Below are positions 13,144 to 24,137 of a stretch of DNA of 64,000 bases, piece by piece; within the stretch, counting starts at the first letter, position 1, and each line of letters starts with the position of its first letter. This DNA is from Torpedo marmorata. Its lineage: Eukaryota. Both the position numbers and the translations under genes were made by a program. The notes beneath the pieces are model-generated. The model was not told where the DNA came from. It saw only the letters and a program-made list of their open reading frames with translations, and searched no databases. The stretch spans positions 28,024,001 through 28,088,000 of the forward strand of contig OZ360223.1 in NCBI GenBank assembly GCA_977017645.1, given 5' to 3'.

Positions 13144-13911
13144 AAGAATGCAATGTTGTGTCTAGTGAATAATAAAAGAAAGTCGACTTCATGGTGTGCT
13201 GAAAGAAACGAGTGAGTGTATTCTTTATTTGTTTGTAAGCTGTGGTAAATCAGTGCCGTTACAAGTGGTGACCCCGTGAGTTCACAGTACCTTCTAATTT
13301 AAAATGGATAGTGATGAGGATAAACCCCTTACAGGAGCAGTTGGGGAGGTCAAACTAAAGATTCCCCCCTTTTTATTAATAATGCACCAGCATGGTTCAT
13401 GATCCTTGAAGTGCGCTTCTCTGCCTTCAGTGTGACGAATCAGAAGATGAAGTACGGTTTACTTGTGGAGCGTCTTCCAGAGCAGATTGCTTGTGAAGTG
13501 TAGGATGTCTTAGTGGATCCGGATGGTAATCTCTCATACGACATGCTTAAGGCGGCTATTCTGCGTCGTACTCAGCCATCTAGGGAGACTCGTATTGTCC
13601 AATTACTAGCTGATGACAGCCTAGGCAATAGGCAACCGTCAGAAATGTTGAGGAGGTGGCGCAGGCTAGCTGGAACAGACCCTGTTGAAGGCGATTTTTG
13701 GAAACAGAGGTTCCTTCTATGTTTACCTCGTCATGTTCAAGAGCATTTGGTGAGTGTCTTTCGAATGTCCACCCTCGATCAGTTGGCGGATCATGCCAAC
13801 CTCGTTATATCCACGACCTCCGCATTGAAGATAGAAGGATTGGCTTCTTCCCCTCGTCAACAGGAGCAAATGGAACTGGAACAACTGCTTACTGCGCCTT
13901 TTGAAGCTCCG

Positions 13912-14088
13912 GTACCTTATCAATGGAAGGTAGTGCCAGCACCTTCTCAATCGGAGGTAGCGCCAGCGCCTTATCAATCGAAGGTAGCGCCAGCGCCTAA
14001 TCAATCGAAGGTAGTGCCTTATCAATCGAAGGTAGCACCAGCGCCTTCTCAATCGAAGATAGCACCAGCACCATATCAATCGAAGATA
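13912..14088 (+). repeat. Coding minisatellite (~27 bp, PYQSKVAPA-like) within gag
   Basis: About 6 imperfect copies of CCTTATCAATCGAAGGTAGCGCCAGCG. Confidence 0.85.
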
Positions 14089-17000
14089 ACTGAGTTGGAG
14101 CAGCAAATGGCAGCACTGACTACACAGGTCCAGGCTTTGGGCATGCAACGGAATTCCTTCTGTCTACCTGGTTGGAATCGTGGTGGTAGAGGACGTGGTA
14201 GAGGCGACAGACGGCGTATTTGTTCGAAGCATCGGAGATTTGGTGCTGCCGCCTGGTCCTGTCAGCCACCTTGCGACTTCTACAAATGGCAGCCGGGAAA
14301 CGACCAGGCCCGGCAGTAGAGGCAATTGCTACCCATGGGCACGTCGTCCGCCGTCTATTCCTCAAGGACCATCTCTTGGGTGTTCAATTTCTTGTCGATT
14401 CCGGAGGAACACAGACACCCCAAATGTCATGTGTTCTTTCAGCCGCGAATGATTCTCATATTCAAACAAATGGCCAGAGGTCACTCACGTTAGATTTCGG
14501 GCTCAAGAAACCTTTATGGTGGGTTTTCACGGTTGCAAACGTGGCAAATTCCATTTTGGGAGCGGATTTCTTGTCACATTTTTCTTTGTTGGTGGATTTG
14601 AAAAATCGTTGTGTCGTGGACCGCAGCTCTTGTATGCAAGTGAGCTGCATTTGTTGTCCCTCCAATGTCTTCAGCCGCCTGACGAGCCTTCAACCTGGCT
14701 CCTGCCCTTTCCAAGCCTTGCTCAAGTGTTTTCCTCGCCTAGTGACCCCATCGTATCGTCACACAGACGTTAAACATACAGTAACCCACCACATAGAGAC
14801 TCGGGGTCCTCCGGTGGTAGCGCAGGCTCGCAGATGACCCCCGGGCTGTCTTAAAATTAACCACATGCAAGAGTTGGGCATAGTCTACAGATCTGACAGC
14901 TGCTGGGCTTCACCGTTGCATATGGTTCCAATAAATCTTCTGGGGATTGGCGGCCTTGTGATTATCGTGCCCTGAACAATTCTACCGTGCCTGACCGATA
15001 CAACATCCCCAATTTACAAGACTTTTCAGCAAACCTCCACGGCAAACATGTATTTGCGAAAATAGATCTCGTACGTGCTTACTATCAGATTCCAGTTGAG
15101 CCTTCTGATGTCGGGAAGACGGCGGTAATTACCCCTTTCGGCACGTTTGACTTTCTGCGAATGCCATTCGGTCTACGGAATGCAGCTCAGACATTCCAGC
15201 GGTTTATGGACCACGTACTCGCCGACCTCGATTTTGTGTTTGTTTACATCGACGATATTCTGGTCGCAAGCGTGGATGAAGAGGAGCACAAGCCCCACCT
15301 TATCTCATTGTTTCAGAGGCTTGATGAGCATTGTGATCAATCCGAGCAAATGCGTGTTTGTCCCTGCTGATCTTATATTTTTGGAACATAGAGTTACGCA
15401 AAATGGTATTTTGCCTGATGAATCGAAGGTGCGACAGATTTGAGAATTTCCTACACCCGTTACGTTTGGCCAGTTGCGACGTTTTTTAGGCATGATGAAT
15501 TTTTATCCCGATTCCTGCCAAATGCTGCACCATCTCTATTACCCCTGACTGAACTACTGAAAGGATCCGATGTCAGTGTCCAAAAGACCATTAACTTTGG
15601 GATACGATGCCATGCGGGTTTTCAACGATGTGAAGACTGCGCTTGCGAATGCCACGATGCTTCTTCATCAAAAGCCCAACGCCTTGCTCTCTCTTACCAC
15701 AGATGCATCTGTCAGTGTTGTGGGAGCAGTGTTAGAACAACGAGTACGTGGGCAATTGGAACCTCTGGTGTTTTTTTTCAGCCAAGCTGTCATCGGCTCA
15801 GGCAAAGTAAAGTACATTTGGTCGAGAACTCTTAGTCATCTATCTCACAGTGAAACATTTCCACTTTTTATTGGAAGGTCGTCCTTTCACCATTTATACA
15901 GACCACCAGCCTCTTGCGCATACCGCGAGTACAAGCACACATCTCTACTCACTCAGAGAGATTCGGCACTTGGACTTCATCTTACAATTTTCATCGGACA
16001 TATGGCACATCCAAGGAAAAGCAAATGCCGTGGCCGACACCCTGTCCAGGTGCGACATTGACGCCTTACACACAACTACTGCCATCAATTTCACCACCAT
16101 GGCTCGTGCACAGCACACCGATCCCAATCTCATCCAGTATCGCCGGATCAACTCTTGTCTCCACCTTCAAGATGTGACCCTGGATGAATCAGGTGAAAAA
16201 TTAGTCTGTGCTTTTTTCACAGGAAAACCTAAGCCTTTTGTGCCGGCGGCTATGAAGCAGGAGATTTTTAAGTCTCTTCATAATCTATCGCATCCAGGTA
16301 GAAGAGCATCAATCAAACTAGTTATGGAACGTTTTACCTGGCCTCGTTAAGCAGGATGTTGGATTATGGACAAGGACCTGCTTGCCGTGTCAACGCTCTA
16401 AAGTCTCCAGACACACAAAATCCAAGCTGGGGGATTTTATTGTTCCGGATTTCCATTTCCAGTACGTGCACCTAGACTTGGTAGGCCCGCTTCCGCCATC
16501 TCAGGGATATACTTACCTGCTTATGTGTGAAGACCGGACTACCAGGTGTCAGGAGGCAATTCCTATCACTGAAATCTCTGCGGAGACAGTCGCTAGGGCT
16601 TTTGTGGAACATTGGATTCCATCTTTTGGTGTTCCGGTCATTATTACAACAGATCGAGGGTCTCAGTTCAAGTCGGCATTGTTCCGAGCTCTCACTGATC
16701 TTCTGGGCACTACCCATATTCGCACTATGGCTTACCATCCGTTGAGCGTTTCCATCGACAATTGAAGGCAGCATTAACAGCAGGTGGTGATGCATCTACG
16801 TGGAGCGAACGTTTGCCCATGGATTTCCTTGGCGTGCGTACTGCTGTTAAGGCAGATCTTGGATGTTCAGCGGCAGAGCTAGTATATGGCACTACATTAA
16901 CCTTGCCAGGCGAGTTTGTGAATCCAAGTCCAAGCACAACGCTCTATGATCCGGCTAGTTTTGTTGATCGTCTTCGGAAAAACACGAGATTACTCCAACC

Positions 17001-17700
17001 TACTCATACACGGCAGGCGTCACCTGCAGTGTATGTGCTGAATTATTTACAACACTGTACTCATGTTTTCCTTTGGCATGATGCTGTTCCCAAACCACTT
17101 CAGCCCATTTACGATGGTCCTTTTCAGGTCTTACGACGCCTCACAAAGACTTTTGTGATCGACAGGAATGGAAAAGCTGACACGGTTTCCATCGACAGGT
17201 TGAAGCCGGCGTATATCGACGGTCCATGTTCTATGTCTGAGCCAGAGTCAGTGGACCTGTCGCACCCTTGCCAGTCGGACTGTGCATCGCCTGTCTTGCA
17301 CTATCGTACGAGGTTTGGCCGAACTGTCATCCCTCTGGACCATTACGTAGCGGGACAATTAGAATCAGTCGCCTCCTTGCATGGCTCAGTCACCACTGAT
17401 GACGTAAGCGAAGCTATGCACAGGAGTAATAGCACGCATGCGCGGGTGTGTTAAGTGTCATTATACAGGTGACGGATCTCGGACGCAGGAGGAGGAGAGT
17501 GAGAGCGTCAGAATCACCCGTGTGGCAGTGAGCCAATGAGAAGGTCAGAGGGGTTTGGCTGGGTGGTGTTGGCGGCGTTGAAGAATGCAATGTTGTGTCT
17601 AATGAATAATAAAAGAAAGTCGACTTCATGGTGTGCTGAAAGAAACAAGCGAGTGTATTCTTTATTTGTTTGTAAGCTGTGGTAAATCAGTGCTGTTACA

Positions 17701-18240
17701 GTGCTAACAACAACTTCGCACTCAATGTCATCAAAACCAAGGAGCTGATTGGGGACTATAGGAAGGGAAAACCAGAGGTGTTCAATCCAGTGATCATTGG
17801 GGATCAGAGGTAGAGAGGGTGAGCGAATTTAAATTCCTCGGAGTCACTATCTCAGAGGACCTTTCCTGGACCCAACACACTAATGTCATCGTGAAAAAAG
17901 CACATCAGCACCTCTACTTCATTCAGGAGTTTGGGAAGGTTTGGTATGACATCGAAAACCTTGGCAAATTTCTACATATGTGTTGTGGAAAGTGTGCTGA
18001 CCGGCTTTATCATGGCCTGGTATGGGGACACCAATACCTCCTAGCCGAAATTACTGCCAATGGTAGTGGACACAGCCCAGTACATCACAGGCAAAACTCC
18101 CCACCATCGAGAAAATCTACATGGAATGCTGTCATCGAAGAGCACATGCTCTTCCACACCACCCAGCACATGCTCTGTTCTTGCTGCTGCCATCAGGAAA
18201 TAGGTATAGGTGTCACCAGACCTATATCGCTAGGTTCAGG
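17701..18240 (+). mobile_element. Rex1/Babar LINE, right part
   Basis: Resumes at NNNFALNVIKTKEL and FKFLGVTISEDLSW, where the 8380-9114 piece stopped. Confidence 0.88.
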
Positions 18241-18242
18241 AA

Positions 18243-18352
18243 CAGCGGTGGACAGTGCTGAGGTGCTCAACAAAGTGATGTCCCAGTCTGCTTCCAGTCT
18301 CTCCGATGTAGAGGAGACCATAACGGGAGCACCGGATGCAGTTGATGACCCC
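18243..18352 (-). mobile_element. Penelope-like GIY-YIG fragment
   Basis: GVINCIRCSRYGLLYIGETGSRLGHHFVEHL. Confidence 0.8.
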
Positions 18353-18369
18353 TGTTTGAATGAAGTTGG

Positions 18370-19010
18370 ATGAAGTTAGATTTTCAAGATTCCTGCAACG
18401 GCACACAAAGAAATACTTCTCATCCAGCACCACTATCAAGACAAGAGAGGATTGCAAGAGAGTTCCTTCAGAGTGTCCATGGATCCTGCTGCCCCCTCGA
18501 ATGATGCCTCTTCCTGCACCCCATGTAACCTTTCCAATCCAGCAGTGAACCCATGCTCGAGGCATCCAAGTCACCCTCCTTAACCTTGGTTCTAAAACCC
18601 TGGAGGAATTTGGAAATTGTCAGCACCTGAAGCTCTTCAGAAGCACTGCCCGATCCCGATACTTGGTTCCCAGAAGCTGTTCGCCAATAGCCTGCAACCT
18701 GGTGTGAGGCCTGTGCTTTTTCTTGGTGGGAAGGGTGTCCTCCTGCTTTGGTGTCCTCTGCTTCCTCAGAGTCTGCAACCTTCGAAATCTAGGCTGCCGT
18801 CATCTTGGGCAGCAGACTCCATGGATCTTTGATGTAAAAACCGTGATCATCCCCATTCTACAGGCAAGATAAACCTGCACGGGGCTGTTGGTGAGACGGT
18901 CGGGCAGCAGAGCTCCACTTAGGAGTGCTTTAAGACCATGTCTCTTCTCCCCCACTCTTGCTGGGTCTGCACGGGTGGCAGTGTTGATACTGCAGCGGTG
19001 CTACCATCTT
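18370..19010 (-). mobile_element. Non-coding SINE-like retroposon (same family as 30724-31400 and 56637-57038)
   Basis: Shared blocks CTTCAGAGTGTCCATGGATCC and ATCTTTGATGTAAAAA...TTCTACAGGCA with the 30.7-kb copy. Confidence 0.55.
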
Positions 19011-19808
19011 GATCACCATATTTCTTCTAACCATTTAATTATGATGAGTTTTTTTTTTTGTTATTCTGTGTAAATGCCGCCTTTCTGTTCATTAAAACCC
19101 AGGCCATAAATATTTCTACTCATAATAAGTCATAATAATCTGAAATGCTTAGATATTTTCTGTTCCTGATGCACAGCATTAAGGCAGAGGAATACTGAAG
19201 TTTCATTGGTCAATAGAAATAATTCTATGGATCTTAGGTTCGATCCTGGATCTTGGTTTAACTCTAGTCAAGGTATGTGCACATTCGTATTCCAGAGATT
19301 AGTGGCCTATGTGTCAAGTATTGTGAATCAGATTTGGAAATACATCTCCATGAACTAAAACTGACAGAAAATGTTTGCTGCCAAACTTTGATTCTATATA
19401 AAATGTCAGGTGGGCCTTTGAGAATGAAAACTGCACATTTTTTATTATTTGGTAACACGCTACTCTAAGATAACATAAAACTGAAGTGCAAGAACAAGCA
19501 GGTTTATCAAAGCTTTGTTTGCTCTGTATACAAATTGAATTTCTTCCCAAGATGTGGATGAGTTATATGTGTATCAAGCATAGATACAAATTAGCATGTA
19601 AAGTGGATCCATTATAGTTGGGCCCATGGCCACCAAGTTTTGAATAGGGGAATGAAAACTCATTACTTATTTTGTAGAAAGATTTATTTTTAAATTCCAT
19701 TTTCCCACATAAGTTCTGTATGATGTGAATATAAATTATGGGGATATGTGCAATTTTCTTCAGAAAAATTCATAGGATTTCAAGGTTTTCTTATTTAATT
19801 CTTTTCAG

Positions 19809-19923
19809 AGTTACTGATTTGGGAAATATCAAGCGACGACTGTATTTATCAACTATCCATAAGGAATTTTCTGCAACTCCATTGCATGCAAAAATACCAC
19901 TCAGTATCATCAAACGAAAAGTT
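19809..19923 (+). CDS. CFAP20DC: CFAP20DC (C3orf67) internal coding exon, 115 bp, CFAP20 domain
   Basis: Polypyrimidine tract + cag acceptor, GTAAGT donor; encodes [38 protein letters not shown], matching my recall of vertebrate CFAP20DC ([31 protein letters not shown]). Confidence 0.92.
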
Positions 19924-20443
19924 GTAAGTTATTGTTAAAGTAATTATGAATTGCAATTAAAATCAAGCATATTTTCACTAACGATTTAGGAACTTTATCC
20001 ATCCACATCGTTTTGGAAAACCTTTCTTTCTGATAAATGTTTTGAACTCTGTATCATGTTTCAAGAGATTCAGTTTGATGTAATAGATTTAACCATCTAA
20101 ATTGGGAAATTAATTATATTTTCCTGCAAATTACCAACAGTGAACCTTTATATATACTCCTGTCAGTTTTGTAACTGCACTAGGTTTCTGCTGCATGAAA
20201 TTCAGAAACAGCATTCAAGTGAATGTTTAATATTTTATTTTTTTGCCAAAACTTAATAAGTGACATGCAAGACATTCCAGTGCAGTGTCCTTTGGTAGAT
20301 GAGGACTCTTTTTGTCTTTGGCTTTTTGCAAAAAAGCAAGTTTTGATGGCCATAATGGGACCAGAAAGAAGGTGAGCTGCTGTTTCTCAAGCCGACATTG
20401 GGCATCTGAAGGGTGACATGGGGACCAGAAACAGAAACAGTTA

Positions 20444-20590
20444 AAGTGACGTGACTGGAAGCTCAGCGTAGCCAAACAGAAGTGACGTGACTGGAAACTC
20501 AGCGTAGCCAAACAGAAGTGATGTGACTGGAAGCTCAGCGTAGCCAAACAGAAGTGACGTGACTGGAAGCTCAGCGTAGCCAAACAGAAG
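20444..20590. repeat. 36-bp tandem repeat, ~4 copies
   Basis: AAGTGACGTGACTGGAAGCTCAGCGTAGCCAAACAG repeated head-to-tail. Confidence 0.92.
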
Positions 20591-20643
20591 TCACCCAATC
20601 TTCATTTGTTTTCCCCAATATTGTGAGAACTGAATGCAATATA

Positions 20644-21360
20644 CAGTACGTTTCCGATTATCTGAAATGCTTGGGACTTAAGCGGATTTTTCGGATATTC
20701 GGGTATTTTCTCTAAACAGAGCAGTAGCATCAGGAGAATACATATCGGCTGTCGCCGATCCATGACACCTCCCCACGCAGTCGCCGATCCCCGACACCTC
20801 CCCACCGCTATCGCCAATCCTGCCCGGGAACCCGAGGTCTGACCTCACCTGTAAGTGGTAGGAGATTGCACAGGGATTGTCCTCCAGCAGAATTTCAACG
20901 ACCCCACTGAAAGGGTATTTGACAGAGGGAGCGGCTCGGGCAAGCGGGGAGAGAGCGCGGCTCGGGTGGGCGAGCGGGGAGAGAGCGGCAGCGCGGCTTG
21001 GGAGGGCGAGCGGGGAGAGATCGTGACTCGGGCGGGCGAGCGGGGAGAGAGCGCGGCTCGGGCGGGCGAGCGGGGAGAGAGCGCGACTCGGGCGGGCGAG
21101 CGGGAAGAGAATGCCACAATGCAATTTATCATAAAGTTGCAGTAACTCATGGCAAAAGCCGACAATTTATAAATAAATAATCAGTGCTATCCTTTCCTTC
21201 AATGCGTAACCTGTGGACAAATGTCTCCTTTGTAAAACTTATTCCCTGTAGCCCCACTTGAGCACGGTGGGTAAAACAAAATTCAAATTTTTTTCAAATT
21301 GTGACTTTCGGATATTCGGAATTCCAGTTGATCGGTTTTCAGTTAATCGAAAGTATACTG
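20644..21360. mobile_element. Non-autonomous Tc1/mariner-pogo (Tigger-like) DNA transposon
   Basis: TA flanks; ~24-bp imperfect TIRs CAGTACGTTTCCGATTATCTGAAA / TTTCAGTTAATCGAAAGTATACTG; internal GC-rich 30-bp tandem at 20930-21105. Confidence 0.8.
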
Positions 21361-21714
21361 TATTAAATATTAATAAATCTGTACTCACAATAAAGCCTTC
21401 TATACACTGGAGAAAACAAATGCATAATTAAAAAATCATTAAAATTAAATTAAATGGGTGATTCCAATGATTCCTCAAATATGCTGAAAGGGTTGTTTCT
21501 CATTTTTCTTCTGGGTACATTGCTATCCTTGGCACTCAAAATTGAATTTAACAATTTCATCTGGTCACCCTTTTATCTTCTTTCTCCACAGATCAAGTTG
21601 CCTTCTTAATTTTTTAAAATTCCATTTCAACTTGCCACAATGTTTTATGTTTGGCAGCATATTTGAATCCATGAAGTATTACCTTCACAAGTAGAAGGGG
21701 GTGGGGGAAACGTC

Positions 21715-21951
21715 ATGAATTGGCAACCAATCTCACTGTTGAATGTTCATTACAAGATACTGCCCAAGTCATTGCCAATCGAGTGAAGTCTGTTCTGGGT
21801 CAAGTGGTCCACCTGGAGCAAACCTGTGCCATACCTGGCAGGAAAATCTCTTGAGAACCTAGCTCATCAAGGTTGTCATCGCCTACTTGCAAGACTGCAG
21901 GTGGACACTTGTCTAATCAGCTTGGACCAGGAGAAGTCCTTGTACAGAATA

Positions 21952-21988
<37 letters not shown>

Positions 21989-22490
21989 ATGGGTGTGCTC
22001 TCCAAAATGAGGTTTGGGAAGGGAAACATGAATTGGATAGCACGAGTCCAGATAAAATGGTGAAAAACAGAAAAGTTCCTTATCAAATCTGAAGCCAGAC
22101 AAGGCTGTGCACATTTGTCTGTTTTGTTTGTGTGTTTTATTTAGCATTTTGCTGAATCCATTCAGAAGGACATGGGCAAAAGAGGGGTGACAATGCCAGG
22201 TACTTGGATAAAGCCTTTCTCTATGTGGATGACATTATTGCCTTTTGTTTGGACCCTTGGTCAGTGTGCAGATTGACCAGCATGTGCCATCTTTTGAACA
22301 GGTTTCAGAGGCCAGAGCCAATCACAGCAAAAATGAAGCAGTGTTCTTTGGCTGCTGGCTCAACCAATCCTCTGTTCCCTTTAACAACAGGTCCTACTAG
22401 CTGAGCGTGCTAAGAATCTGGTTCAGAAAAGCCAGGATATGTGACAATATTTGGCTGGAGCAGATAGTTAAGGTGAAATGGAAGTAGGGA
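21715..22490 (+). mobile_element. Highly degraded Tx1/L1-clade LINE RT fragment containing (CA)n at ~21953-21986
   Basis: QTCAIPGRKI-, SLDQEKS- and LYVDDI-like remnants. Confidence 0.6.
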
Positions 22491-22905
22491 GGAGTTAAGC
22501 TCCTAATTCGTGAGTCGGTATGGTAGTATCTCAATGTTACATCATCCTTATCCACATCCTGTGCATTTAATGATTATCCATTAAACATTCATAGTTGTCT
22601 CCATTCCTGCATCACCTTTACAGTTATGTAATTTATTTTTAACGGATCTCTTCATTTCCTTACTTAATGTTTGTATTCATACTAATTAAATTTTATATAT
22701 TTGTCCATTTCACTTGTTTATATTAATCTATTTTTTTTACAGTACACATTGTTTACTATATTTGTGAATTTTTTGTCAACTCCAGACTTTCATGATACGC
22801 CCCATATATTTTTCATTAATCGACATAAAAAGGAATAGTGGCTAAATATTACCCAAGGGAACATCACTTCCCAACTTTCCAAAAAAGAACTTTTGCTTTC
22901 TGTCT

Positions 22906-23154
22906 TAAAAACACAGAAATGCTGGAGGAACTCAGCAGGTCTCACAGCGTCCATAGGAAGTAAAGATATATAACTGCCGTTCCGACCCCTTCTTCACGGT
23001 ACCTTGACGAAGTTACCATCATACCTTGAAGAAGGGCTGAGGCCCAAAACGTCAGTAATACATCTTTACCTCCTCCGGACGCTGTTGAGTTCCTCCAGCA
23101 TTTCTGTGTGTTTTTACTGCAACCACAGCGTCTGCAGGCTTTTGTGTTTCACTC
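22906..23154. mobile_element. Palindromic Penelope-derived mini-element (two inverted pseudo-LTR ends)
   Basis: Left arm ACAGAAATGCTGGAGGAACTCAGC..., right arm ...GAGTTCCTCCAGCATTTCTGT; 16-bp TSD CTTTTGCTTTCTGTCT / CTTTTGCCTTTTGTCT. Confidence 0.8.
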
Positions 23155-23802
23155 CTTTTGCCTTTTGTCTCTCAATTTCATAATCACTTTTCCACTTGCC
23201 CCTTTAATCCTATGAAGTTCCATTTTATTAACAAACCCTTTTATGTGATTTGCCTGTTTGAATTTCATCTCAAAGGTTCTTTAATATGATTTTTCATAGT
23301 TTTTTGATTCTCATCTGAAATGCTGGGTCCATATGGTTTATAACAGCTTCTTGTGCATTGTTCATGATGTAAAAAATGTCAAGTTATATTTAGCAATTAG
23401 TTTCTAATAATTCATGTTACATTTATATCCCCCTCCTTTAATCTCTGCTATTGAATATTTCCAAACCTGAAAGTACTCCTTTGAGGCTTTTGACAATGTC
23501 AATCTGAAACAGCCTGCTACTTGTTATGCAAGGCATCTCCAGTTATTGGATTTTCTGATCATCCCTGTAAAGAAGCATTTGGCCTCTGCTTGCTGCTTTC
23601 CCAAAGCCATGAGATTGAGATTGACTGTTTATCATTTAAATATTCAGGGCAAGAACCTGTAATTCACTACATTGTGGTACAATATCTGAGTTTTTTTTCT
23701 TTATTATGAAACCTGTAGCTTACATTAAAGTGCATAGGAATACTAAAGGATGAATTACAGACAAAGCAATTCAACTGAAATCAAATTTCCTTTTCCTTGC
23801 AG

Positions 23803-23959
23803 TGGAGCAACATTTGCATTGATATAGTGTCGTTCACCAATGCAGCATTCAAAGGTGCAGGTTTTCAGTCCCTAGACAGGATTGTTGTTGCAGCCAATTG
23901 TAAACTAAGGAAGATATTCACAATGAAACTCCAGCCGCAGGATACCAGTTTGGAGGATG
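23803..23959 (+). CDS. CFAP20DC: CFAP20DC internal coding exon, 157 bp
   Basis: ttttccttgcag acceptor, G|gtatgt donor; [48 protein letters not shown]; phase 0 joins the previous exon. Confidence 0.93.
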
Positions 23960-24137
23960 GTATGTATTTGGGAAAGCATGTAATGATAAGTAAGAAAGAT
24001 ATCTTAAAAAAATATTCATTGATTGGTATTAAATGGGTAACTGCGCATTACAGAAACTAATCTCATAATTTGCCAGTGTCTCAATAACTTTCACAACACT
24101 GGTTTAAGAAATAATCAGAATTTATTGTAATAAACAT

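Larger units (their letters stand above)
9115..17700 (+). mobile_element. Gypsy LTR retrotransposon, CsRn1-like, degenerate; 5' LTR interrupted by L1
   Basis: 4-bp TSD GTAC/GTGC; 5' LTR 9115-9354 plus 13144-13263; PBS TGGTGACCCCG 13266-13276; gag ~13304-14319 with CSKHRRFG..CQPPC; pol fragments 14220-17350; 3' LTR ~17389-17700. Confidence 0.92.

Noticed and set aside
20444-20590. CRISPR-like 36-bp repeats
   Set aside because: Units are contiguous with no unique spacers, no cas genes, and the context is a eukaryotic intron.
22740-23340. Possible very old minus-strand LINE RT remnant around the Penelope mini-element
   Set aside because: No diagnostic motif recoverable by eye.
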